This document shows positions 28,175-35,726 of a stretch of DNA of 64,000 nt, one piece after another. The stretch is from Gemmatimonadales bacterium (GTDB lineage: Bacteria; Gemmatimonadota; Gemmatimonadetes; Gemmatimonadales; GWC2-71-9). The notes beneath the pieces were generated by a model. That model was given only the letters and a program-made list of their open reading frames with translations. It searched no databases and had not been told where the DNA came from. The stretch is taken from positions 11,558 to 75,557 of the forward strand of contig JAICWE010000005.1 of the NCBI GenBank assembly GCA_025934955.1. Reading direction: 5' to 3'. The stretch's first letter is position 1; every line of letters starts with the position of its first letter. The translations under genes and the position numbers were made by a program.

Positions 28175-29182
28175 ATGGCCCGCGCGAGCGCGCTGGTGAG
28201 CGCTTGCGATTCGGGCGTGGCTTCCGTATCGTGCCGCGTGCTCATCAACCTCGTTCCGGATTTTCTCGCCGTCCTCGACGCGCGGGACCGTGAAGCCGCC
28301 TACCAGCAGTACCGCGACGCCCACCGCCCCATCCTCGACGCCTACTGGCGTAACTACGTGCTCGACCCCGACACGCCGCACGCGGCGGAGGTCGTGCGCG
28401 CGGCGCTCAAGGCCGACCGCGCCGACCTTCGCGCGCTGCTGAAGCAGACCGATGTGGTGCAGCTGGTCGAGGACGCCGCCGGCCGCGCGCACGAGCTGCT
28501 CGGAATCGATCGGCCCACGGACACCTACCTCATGGTCGGCATGGGCGGCGCCAATGCCGGCGAGCTGGTGGTCGGCGGGCGCGGCATCGCGTTCATCTGC
28601 GTCGAGCACTTCACCGCCCGGGCCAACCCCGAGACCTTCGGCATGGGCCTCGAGCCCGAGCTGATTCCGCTCTGGGTGGCGCATGAGCTGGCCCACGCGG
28701 TGCGCTACACCTCGCCCGCCAGCGCGAGCGAGCTGCGCCGCTTGGTGGACGAGGCCGGCGGCTACTACGACTACTGGGTCACCGGCAGCCGCGCCACCCT
28801 GCGCGAGCTGCTGCTCAACGAAGGCCTCGCGGTGCACGCCGCGCAGCAGGCGGCCCCCGGCTTCGACCCAGCCGACTACTTCGGCTATCCGCGGCGCCAG
28901 TATCATCGGCTCCGCGAGCTCGAGGCGTTCCTCCGTCGCGTCGTGGATCCGGAGTTGGACCAGGCTGGGCTCGGGCTCCGGCTTCGCTACCTCTCCGGCG
29001 GCATGAGCCCGTCCGCGCGGCTGGTGGCCGGTCGCGTCATCCCGGAGCGCGCGGGCTATTATCTCGGTGCCCGGATGGCCGAAGCCCTCGTCAATCAGCG
29101 CGGCATCGCGGCGGCGCTGCGGGCGCCGGCGGGGGAGTTTCAGGACGCCGAGGAATCGGCCAGGGGAATTCAGACGGCGTAG
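28175..29182 (+). CDS. Putative zinc-dependent protease (DUF2268-like), HExxH motif
   Basis: 335 aa. 'LWVAHELAHAVRY'. Family assignment is tentative. Confidence 0.55.
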   Translation: MARASALVSACDSGVASVSCRVLINLVPDFLAVLDARDREAAYQQYRDAHRPILDAYWRNYVLDPDTPHAAEVVRAALKADRADLRALLKQTDVVQLVEDAAGRAHELLGIDRPTDTYLMVGMGGANAGELVVGGRGIAFICVEHFTARANPETFGMGLEPELIPLWVAHELAHAVRYTSPASASELRRLVDEAGGYYDYWVTGSRATLRELLLNEGLAVHAAQQAAPGFDPADYFGYPRRQYHRLRELEAFLRRVVDPELDQAGLGLRLRYLSGGMSPSARLVAGRVIPERAGYYLGARMAEALVNQRGIAAALRAPAGEFQDAEESARGIQTA

Positions 29183-29194
29183 CCGTCGCGGGTT

Positions 29195-29200
29195 TAGCTT
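29195..29200 (+). promoter_or_regulatory. -10-like TAGCTT 6 nt upstream of the CDGSH gene ATG (leaderless candidate)
   Basis: TAGCTT-tcgacc-ATG(29207). No SD. Confidence 0.35.
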
Positions 29201-29206
29201 TCGACC

Positions 29207-29413
29207 ATGTCCGACGACCCCACACCCGTCGCCCCGACCACCGTCACCTGGAAGCCCGCCGGCCCCCTCATCGTGCAGGGGCCGGCGACGTTCTTCGACA
29301 ACGAAGGCACCGCGCTGACGCCGCCGCCCGCCAAGATTCCCGGCCAGATCAAGCTCTGCGGCTGCGGACGCTCCCACACCAAGCCGTTCTGCGACGGCAG
29401 TCACAAGTGCTGA
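29207..29413 (+). CDS. CDGSH iron-sulfur domain protein
   Basis: 68 aa. 'CGCGRSHTKPFCDGSHK' is the CDGSH 2Fe-2S motif. Confidence 0.85.
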   Translation: MSDDPTPVAPTTVTWKPAGPLIVQGPATFFDNEGTALTPPPAKIPGQIKLCGCGRSHTKPFCDGSHKC

Positions 29414-29523
29414 CCGCCGGAGCGGTGTAGTCCCGCTCACCGCGCCGAATCCGCCAAAATTGTAGTCTGCCATCGCCTTAGGCGGTGGGATGCCCTTGAC
29501 CCGCCGCGGACCGCGCCGAGAGG

Positions 29524-30747
29524 GTGACCGTGAAGCGCATCGTCGAAGTTGCGCTCGGAATCGTGACCGGCATCGGCGGCTTCCTCGAGGTCGGGTCGCT
29601 CGCCACCGCGGTGCAGGCCGGCGCCGACTTCGGCTATCGGCTCGCCTGGAGCATCGCCTTGGGCTCCATCTGTCTCGCGTTCCTCTGCGAGATGTCGGGC
29701 CGCTTCACCGCCATCAGTAAGCACACCATCCCCGACGCACTGCGCGAGCGCTTCGGCTTCGGCTTCTTCGTGGTTCCGCTGGTCGGGATGATGCTCGTCA
29801 TGCTGCTCGTGCTCATGGCGGAGCTCGGCGGCGTCGCCATGGCCTTCCAGCTCGCCACCGGCGTGCGCTTCCCGTGGTGGATCCTGCCGGTCGGCCTGGC
29901 GACGTGGCTCCTGCTCTGGCGCGGCACCTTCGGCCTGATCGAGAAGGGCGTCTCGGTGCTCGGTCTCGTCACCCTGACGTTCGTGGTGGCCGCGGTGAAG
30001 GTGCACCCCGACTACGGCGCCCTGGCCCACGCGCTCCTCCCGAGCGGCCCGCCGCAGCAGCCGGCGCACTACGGATTCGTCGCCGTCAGCGTGCTCGGCG
30101 CGTCGGTGAGTCCGTACCTCTTCTTCTTCTACTCGGCGGGCGCGGTCGAGGATCGCTGGGACGTGAGCTACCTCGGCATCAACCGGATCACCGCCGGTGC
30201 CGGCATGGGCTTCGGCGGGATCGTCGCGATCGCCGCGCTCGTCGTCGCCGCGCACATCTTCCATCCGCAGCACGTGAAGGTCGAGCACTACGAGCAGATC
30301 GCCGGGCTCTTGCCGCCGGTGCTCGGGCGCGCCGGGTTCTGGCTCTTCGTCGCGTCGCTCGGCATCGCCTGCTTCGGCGCGGCGCTGGAGCTCGCGCTCA
30401 CGATCGCCTACACCGCGGCGCAGGGATTCGGCTGGACCTGGAGCGAGGACCAGCCGCCCGGCTCGGATGCGCGCTTCAGCCTCACCTACACCGCGGCGAT
30501 CGTCGTCGCGATGATCCCGATGCTCTTCGGCATCGACCTGCTCAAGCTCACCGTGTTCTCGATGGCGCTCACCGCGCTGGCGCTGCCGCTGGCGATCGTG
30601 CCGTTCCTCCTGCTCATGAACGACCCCGCCTACGTGCGCGAGTACCGCAATGGCTGGCTGGGCAACATCGCCGTCGCGCTCATCGTCGGACTGGCGTGCG
30701 TCGTCGCGATCGCCGCGATTCCGCTGCAACTGCTCGGAGGGAGCTAG
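29524..30747 (+). CDS. NRAMP (SLC11)-family transporter, divergent clade lacking the canonical DPGN / MPH motifs
   Basis: 407 aa, about 11 TM segments. 'GIGGFLEVGSLATAVQAGADFGYRLAWSIALGS' aligns to the NRAMP TM1 region. 'VLGASVSPYLFFFYS' aligns to TM6. The start is GTG 29524 or GTG 29530. Confidence 0.8.
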   Translation: MTVKRIVEVALGIVTGIGGFLEVGSLATAVQAGADFGYRLAWSIALGSICLAFLCEMSGRFTAISKHTIPDALRERFGFGFFVVPLVGMMLVMLLVLMAELGGVAMAFQLATGVRFPWWILPVGLATWLLLWRGTFGLIEKGVSVLGLVTLTFVVAAVKVHPDYGALAHALLPSGPPQQPAHYGFVAVSVLGASVSPYLFFFYSAGAVEDRWDVSYLGINRITAGAGMGFGGIVAIAALVVAAHIFHPQHVKVEHYEQIAGLLPPVLGRAGFWLFVASLGIACFGAALELALTIAYTAAQGFGWTWSEDQPPGSDARFSLTYTAAIVVAMIPMLFGIDLLKLTVFSMALTALALPLAIVPFLLLMNDPAYVREYRNGWLGNIAVALIVGLACVVAIAAIPLQLLGGS

Positions 30748-30748
30748 C

Positions 30749-31120
30749 GTGAACCTGGTGCACGAGGTACTCGACAAGCAGATGCTCGACTCCCGCCGGC
30801 GGAAGATGGGCAAGGTGGACGGCATCGTGCTGGAGCTGGTGGACGGCCGGCGGCCGCGGGTGATCGCGCTCGAGACCGGCGTGCCGACCCTGGCGCGCCG
30901 TCTCAGCCGCCGGCTCGGACGCGCGGTGGACGCCATGGTCCGGCGGCTCAGCCCCGAGCGCCCCGGCTCCTGTCGCATCCCGTGGCGCCGCGTCCGCCAG
31001 ATCGATCTCGACGTCTACGTCGACCTCGACGCGGAGGGCTCGCCGGTGTTCGCGCTGGAGCGCTGGCTGCACCAGCACATCGTCGCCCGGATCCCCGGCG
31101 GCGACCGGCGGCCGCGGTGA
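30749..31120 (+). CDS. PRC-barrel-like small protein
   Basis: GTG 30749, 2 nt after the transporter stop. 123 aa. 'VLDKQMLDSRRRKMGKVDGIVLELVDGRRPRVIALETG' resembles a PRC barrel. Domain call by eye. Confidence 0.5.
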   Translation: MNLVHEVLDKQMLDSRRRKMGKVDGIVLELVDGRRPRVIALETGVPTLARRLSRRLGRAVDAMVRRLSPERPGSCRIPWRRVRQIDLDVYVDLDAEGSPVFALERWLHQHIVARIPGGDRRPR

Positions 31121-31449
31121 GCACGTGGGAGGTGCGGCTGGAGCTGCTGGTGGGACGCGAAGTGCACGACCTGGACGGCCGCGCCGCCGGCCGGATCGAA
31201 GAGGTACGTGCCGACCGCGTGGCCGAGGAGTGCCACGTGCGCGAGTATCTGCTGGGACCGGCCGCGCTCGGCGCCCGTCTGCTCGGCAGCTTCCTCGGGC
31301 TGGGGTTCGTGCGGGCGCTCGGGGCCCGGCCGCGGCGGCCGCGCGCCGCGCCGTGGCACGTCATGGATCTGCGCGACCCGGAGCACCCGCGCCTGACCGT
31401 GCGTCACAGCGCGCTGCAGCACGCCGGCGACGACGCGCCGGGGGACTGA
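31117..31449 (+). CDS. PRC-barrel-like small protein (paralogue of the preceding ORF)
   Basis: GTGA overlap with the previous ORF. 110 aa. 'LLVGREVHDLDGRAAGRIEEVRADRVAEECHVREYLLG'. Confidence 0.45.
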   Translation: MSTWEVRLELLVGREVHDLDGRAAGRIEEVRADRVAEECHVREYLLGPAALGARLLGSFLGLGFVRALGARPRRPRAAPWHVMDLRDPEHPRLTVRHSALQHAGDDAPGD

Positions 31450-31454
31450 GCGGG

Positions 31455-33188
31455 CTAGCGGGTCTTCACCTCGGCGATGACGCGGGCGCCGCGCCGCATC
31501 CGCTCCTTGGCCAGGAGCCACTGCTGCGGGATGCTGGCGATGTTGCTCACCGCGTAATAGAGGTTGAGCCCCGCCGCGAAGTTGAGGAAGAGGAACGTCA
31601 TCACCACCGGCATCATGTAGGTGGTGACCTTCGTCTGCGGATTCGGTGGGATGCCGAGCTGGCCCACCTTGCTCAGCCCGAACATCGAGAGACCCATCAG
31701 CAGCGGAATGACGTAGAGCGGGTCCGGACGTGAGAGGTCCGGGATCCAGAGGAACGGCACGCCGCGCAGCTCGATCGTGTTCTGAAACACGAAGAAGAGC
31801 GCGAGTAGCACCGGCATCGGCAGCAGCATCGGCCAGCAGCCGCCGAGCGGGTTGACGTTGTGCTCCTTGTAGAGCCGAAACATCTCCTGCTGCTGCTGCT
31901 TCGGATCGTTCTTGTGCTTCTCCTGAAGCTCCTTGAGCTGTGGCTGGATCGCCTGCATCGCCATGCTGGAGCGCATCGCCTTCTGGTTGAGCGGCCAGAG
32001 CAGCAACCGCACCGCCAGTCCGAAGAAGACGAGGACCCAGCCATACGCGAGGCTCAGGTGGGTGTGCATCCACACCAGGAGCCAGCGCACGCCGCCGGCC
32101 ACCGGGCGGATGATCGTGCGGAAGCCCGGCCAGCCGTACGGGTTCACGTCATAGAACTCGTGGCCGAGTTGGGCGAGCCGGGTGTACTCCAGCGGGCCGC
32201 TGTAGATGGTGTAGCTGAAGCGGCCGCTCGCCGGCACCGTGAGGCTCGCGCGGACGTCGGCGCCGGTGGGATGCTTGCCGGCGGTGGCGGGCGCCAGCGC
32301 GCGCGCGCCGGCGATCGTGCTGCTGGTGCTGTCGGTCGCGAGCAGCGCCGCGACGAAGTACTTCGACTTGACCGCCACCCAGTCGAGTGGGCCGCTGACC
32401 GTCGTCGGCTCGCCGGCCGTGAGCCCGGAGAAGTCGGTGCGGTGCGCATCGGCGCGCTGCTGCTTGGTGACCACCGCGGCCGAGTGCGCGTTCTGGCCGG
32501 AGTCGGCCTCGGTGTTCCGGATGCCGTGGCCGAGCTGCACGAACAGCAGTCCGCCATTGGGCCCGAGCCCCGTCACCTGCCCGCTGACGCCGATGCGGTA
32601 TTCGTCCGGGAGGAACGTGTAGGTGAGGTCCACGGTGACCCCGCCCTCGGTCGCCGTGAAGTGCACCGGCGTCGGCCCGCTCACGTCGAGTGCGCGGGCG
32701 GCGGGGCTCGCGGTGAAGCTCCAGCGGTCGAGCGGCAGCGTATCGCGGCCGGCGACGAGGGTGAGACCGAGCATGCGGCCGCCCCTCGGCACCAGCTCCA
32801 CCGGCTGGCCCCGCTCGCCCGGCGCCATCGAGCGATACTGCGGCAGCGTGGCCGAGATGAGCTGCGCGCCGCGAGTGGAGATGGCGTAGGTATAGAGCGG
32901 CGAGCGGGCGATCAGCGTATCGGCCGGTCCGGTGGACGGGACCGTGGCCGTGGCGGCGGCGCCTGGTGTGGGGCTCGCCGATCCGGACGGAGTCGCGGCG
33001 GCACTCTCCGGGACTGTCGCCGCCGGCGCCGCTGCCGCTGCCGCGCGCGCCGAATCGGCGGTCGCGGCGGGGACGGCACTCGAATCCGCCACGGCCCGCG
33101 GCGGCGCCTTCGGCGGCTTGATGAGAAGGGTCGGAACGATGGCGATCACCATCATGAGGAGAATCGCCAGCACTACCTTGCGGTCCAT
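31455..33188 (-). CDS. yidC: Membrane protein insertase YidC
   Basis: 577 aa. C-terminal 'MRSSMAMQAIQPQLKELQEKHKNDPKQQQQEMFRLYKEHNVNPLGGCWPMLLPMPVLLALF'. Confidence 0.9.
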   Translation of the reverse strand: MDRKVVLAILLMMVIAIVPTLLIKPPKAPPRAVADSSAVPAATADSARAAAAAAPAATVPESAAATPSGSASPTPGAAATATVPSTGPADTLIARSPLYTYAISTRGAQLISATLPQYRSMAPGERGQPVELVPRGGRMLGLTLVAGRDTLPLDRWSFTASPAARALDVSGPTPVHFTATEGGVTVDLTYTFLPDEYRIGVSGQVTGLGPNGGLLFVQLGHGIRNTEADSGQNAHSAAVVTKQQRADAHRTDFSGLTAGEPTTVSGPLDWVAVKSKYFVAALLATDSTSSTIAGARALAPATAGKHPTGADVRASLTVPASGRFSYTIYSGPLEYTRLAQLGHEFYDVNPYGWPGFRTIIRPVAGGVRWLLVWMHTHLSLAYGWVLVFFGLAVRLLLWPLNQKAMRSSMAMQAIQPQLKELQEKHKNDPKQQQQEMFRLYKEHNVNPLGGCWPMLLPMPVLLALFFVFQNTIELRGVPFLWIPDLSRPDPLYVIPLLMGLSMFGLSKVGQLGIPPNPQTKVTTYMMPVVMTFLFLNFAAGLNLYYAVSNIASIPQQWLLAKERMRRGARVIAEVKTR

Positions 33189-33205
33189 GGGTCAGATCAC
33201 CGGGC

Positions 33206-33454
33206 TCACGGGACGGGGTCGTAGCCGCCGGGGTTGAACGGATGGCAGCGCACCAGGCGCCGCACGGCGAGCCAGCTGCCGCGCAAGGCACCGTGCCGCG
33301 CGACCGCTTCGAGCGCGTACGCCGAGCACGATGGATAGAAGCGGCACGCCGGCGGGAGCGCCGGGCTGATCCAGCGACGATAGCCCCGGATGAGCGCCAT
33401 CGCCGCGCGCGCCGGCAGCGAACGGCGCGGGTGCAGGTCGCCGGGCTCCGTCAT
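33206..33454 (-). CDS. yidD: Membrane protein insertion efficiency factor YidD
   Basis: '[35 protein letters not shown]...[13 protein letters not shown]'. The start could be the internal ATG (MALIRGY). Confidence 0.9.
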   Translation of the reverse strand: MTEPGDLHPRRSLPARAAMALIRGYRRWISPALPPACRFYPSCSAYALEAVARHGALRGSWLAVRRLVRCHPFNPGGYDPVP

Positions 33455-33457
33455 CGG

Positions 33458-33808
33458 TCACCGCTCCGCCAGCGCGCCGCGCCAGCCGAGCAGCTCGGCC
33501 CGCAGCGACGTGAACGGCGCGGCGTACGCTTCGCGCCGCGCCCGCACCACGAGGTCGAGCGCCGGCAGCGCCGGCGCCACGTCGCGCCGCCAGATTTCCT
33601 TCAGGCGCCGCCGCAAACGATTGCGGGCCACCGCGGTGGATCGGAACTTGGGAACGATCAGTCCGATCCGCGGGTGGCCCACCGTGTTGTCTGCCCAGAT
33701 CATCTCGAGGTGCTCGGTCCGACGGCGCCGGCCCTGCGTGAGGCACCGGCGAAGCTCGGAGGCCCGCGCGAGCCGCCAAGCCCGCGGAAGGCGCTCCGTC
33801 GGCGTCAG
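33458..33808 (-). CDS. rnpA: Ribonuclease P protein component
   Basis: '[27 protein letters not shown]...[28 protein letters not shown]'. No ATG/GTG/TTG at a sensible position; a CTG overlapping the rpmH stop (CTGA) is my best guess for the start. Confidence 0.7.
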   Translation of the reverse strand: MTPTERLPRAWRLARASELRRCLTQGRRRRTEHLEMIWADNTVGHPRIGLIVPKFRSTAVARNRLRRRLKEIWRRDVAPALPALDLVVRARREAYAAPFTSLRAELLGWRGALAER

Positions 33809-33966
33809 CGGCTCCCGTGCTTCGACGGCAAGGAGACCGTGAGGCTCCTGCGACCCTTCTTCCGGCGGCGCGACAACACCGCCCGGCCCCAACGGGTGGC
33901 CATGCGGGCGCGGAATCCGTGCTTGGCGATGCGCTTCTTGTTGCGCGGGCGGTACGACGGCTTCAT
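33805..33966 (-). CDS. rpmH: 50S ribosomal protein L34
   Basis: Not in the ORF track (53 aa). My translation: [59 protein letters not shown] lies 8 nt upstream of the ATG. Confidence 0.9.
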   Translation of the reverse strand: MKPSYRPRNKKRIAKHGFRARMATRWGRAVLSRRRKKGRRSLTVSLPSKHGSR

Positions 33967-33992
33967 CTCGAGACTCCTCCAGTGAGCCCGAG

Positions 33993-34021
33993 AAGCTAGT
34001 CAGCGGCAACGGCTTGGTCAA
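33993..34021 (-). promoter_or_regulatory. rpmH promoter candidate TTGACC-N17-TAGCTT
   Basis: Read on the minus strand. The -35 is at 34016-34021 and the -10 at 33993-33998. Confidence 0.45.
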
Positions 34022-34035
34022 CGCCTCGCGGCGCA

Positions 34036-34064
34036 TTGACTTTTCCACACGCGCGCCGTAAGAT
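34036..34064 (+). promoter_or_regulatory. dnaA promoter candidate TTGACT-N17-TAAGAT with an embedded DnaA-box-like TTTTCCACA
   Basis: -35 at 34036-34041, -10 at 34059-34064. TTTTCCACA at 34041-34049 matches TTATCCACA or TTGTCCACA at 8/9. Confidence 0.5.
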
Positions 34065-34110
34065 CGCCTGCCCTTGAAAAACCCTCCGGCGCCAACGAGT
34101 ACCAGAATAG

Positions 34111-35496
34111 ATGCAGCTGTCCGCGAAAGACGCGTGGAAGCGGATCCTCGACGAGGCCCAGCGTCACATCGAGCCCCACCATTTCGAAGCGTTTCTGCAG
34201 CCGACGGAGGCCATCGCCCTCGATGACGGGCGGCTGATCGTCGGCGCGCCGGATGGCTTCGCCGTGGAAACCAACGAGCAGCGCCACGGTGACCTGCTCA
34301 CCCGCATCGCCGGGGACGTGCTCGACCGCCCGACCGCTGTCGTGTTCCGCGTCCAGGAGGAGCGCCTGAAGCGCCCCCAGATGGACTTCTTCGTAGCGTC
34401 ACCGGCGCCGTCGGCGGTGCCGGTCGGCGGCGCCGCGCGCAATGCGCAGCCGCTCAACGACCGCTACACCTTCGAGACGTTCGTCATCGGCAAGTCGAAC
34501 GAGCTCGCGGCGGCGGCGGCGCACGCGGCCGCGGAGTCCCCCGGCAAGACCTACAACCCGCTCTTCATCTACGGCGCCACCGGGCTGGGCAAGACCCACC
34601 TGATGCAGGCGATCGCCCACAAGGTGTGCGAGCGTCACCCCGAAACCCGGGTGCTCTACGTCGGCGCCGAGCAGTTCATCAACGAGGTCATCGAGAGCAT
34701 TCACGGCCGCACCATGCCGGAGTTCCGCCGGCGCTACCGCGCGGACGTGGACCTTTTCCTGGTGGATGACGTGCATTTCCTCGAGGGCAAGGAGATGACC
34801 CAGGAAGAGTTCTTCCATACCTTCAACGCGCTCTACGAGAGCAACAAGCAGATCGTCCTCACCTCCGACCGGCCGCCCAAGGAAATCCCCGGGCTCGAGG
34901 CCCGGCTGGTGAGCCGCTTCGAGTGGGGCATGGTGGCCGACATCGGCCAGCCCGACTTGGAGCACCGCATCGCCATCCTCCAGAAGAAGCAGGAGCAGGA
35001 TCACCTCGAGCGCACCATTCCGGACGACGTGCTGCGGTTCATCGCCGAGCACGTCCGCTCCAGCGTGCGCGAGCTCGAGGGCTGCATCATCAAGCTGCTC
35101 CTGTTCGCCTCGCTCAAGCACAAGGAGATCTCGATCGAGCTCGCCCGCGAGGCGCTCTCGGACAAGATCCGGGCCGGCGAGGACGGCGACCAGCCCAGCC
35201 GGCCGCTGCCGACCATGGGCAAGATCCAGGAAGTCGTCGCCCGGCGCTGGGGCGTCACGGCGGAAGGGCTGCGCTCCAAGGCGCGGATCAAGACGCTGGT
35301 GGTGCCGCGGCAGATCGCGATGTACCTCGCGCGCGAGCTGCTGCAGCCCAATCTGGTGGACATCGGGCAGGCGTTCGGCGGGCGCGATCACTCCACCGTC
35401 ATCCACAGCGTGTCGAAGGTGGAGCGGCAGATGGCGCGCGATCGGAGCTTCCGTGAACGGGTGGAGCACGCGCGCTCGGAGTTGTCCGCACTATAA
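34111..35496 (+). CDS. dnaA: Chromosomal replication initiator protein DnaA
   Basis: 461 aa. 'NPLFIYGATGLGKTHLMQAIAH'. 'LLVDDVHFLEGKEMTQEEFFHTFNAL'. C-terminal 'GGRDHSTVIHSVSKV'. Confidence 0.95.
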   Translation: MQLSAKDAWKRILDEAQRHIEPHHFEAFLQPTEAIALDDGRLIVGAPDGFAVETNEQRHGDLLTRIAGDVLDRPTAVVFRVQEERLKRPQMDFFVASPAPSAVPVGGAARNAQPLNDRYTFETFVIGKSNELAAAAAHAAAESPGKTYNPLFIYGATGLGKTHLMQAIAHKVCERHPETRVLYVGAEQFINEVIESIHGRTMPEFRRRYRADVDLFLVDDVHFLEGKEMTQEEFFHTFNALYESNKQIVLTSDRPPKEIPGLEARLVSRFEWGMVADIGQPDLEHRIAILQKKQEQDHLERTIPDDVLRFIAEHVRSSVRELEGCIIKLLLFASLKHKEISIELAREALSDKIRAGEDGDQPSRPLPTMGKIQEVVARRWGVTAEGLRSKARIKTLVVPRQIAMYLARELLQPNLVDIGQAFGGRDHSTVIHSVSKVERQMARDRSFRERVEHARSELSAL

Positions 35497-35726
35497 TCCC
35501 CGCGCGTGCGCGGAAATTGTTGGCGCGCTGGATGACGCCGGAAAAGTCTTTCGATTCTCCGCGGCGCCAACACGGCGTCCACAGCACGAGGGCGGGCTAT
35601 CGGCCGGTGCGCGTGTCTGATGCGGCGCCGGTCCACATATCCAGAGCCTCTACTGCTACTGCTAGTATTCTTTTATTGGAACCGTAGTCTCTTCTCTTGG
35701 CGCCGCGAGGCGCGCGAAGGAGCGGC
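35497..35726. other. Candidate oriC (dnaA-dnaN spacer): DnaA-box-like motifs plus an AT-rich putative unwinding element
   Basis: Same-orientation box-like 9-mers: TCATCCACA (35399, in dnaA), TTGTCCGCA (35482), gcGTCCACA (35575), cgGTCCACA (35629). These are followed by the most AT-rich stretch of the window (35651-35700: tactgctactgctagtattcttttattgga...). Confidence 0.5.

Noticed and set aside
27059-29473. 804-aa minus-strand ORF antisense to ddl, the rhomboid gene, the DUF2268-like gene and the CDGSH gene.
   Set aside because: Same high-GC artefact signature, and it spans four well-supported plus-strand genes.
29414-29523. Possible metal-sensing riboswitch or terminator in the leader of the NRAMP-family gene (hairpins at 29419-29437 and 29470-29488).
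   Set aside because: I cannot match the sequence to any riboswitch consensus I know (for example the yybP-ykoY conserved cores). The hairpins are short. It is mentioned only as context in the NRAMP finding.
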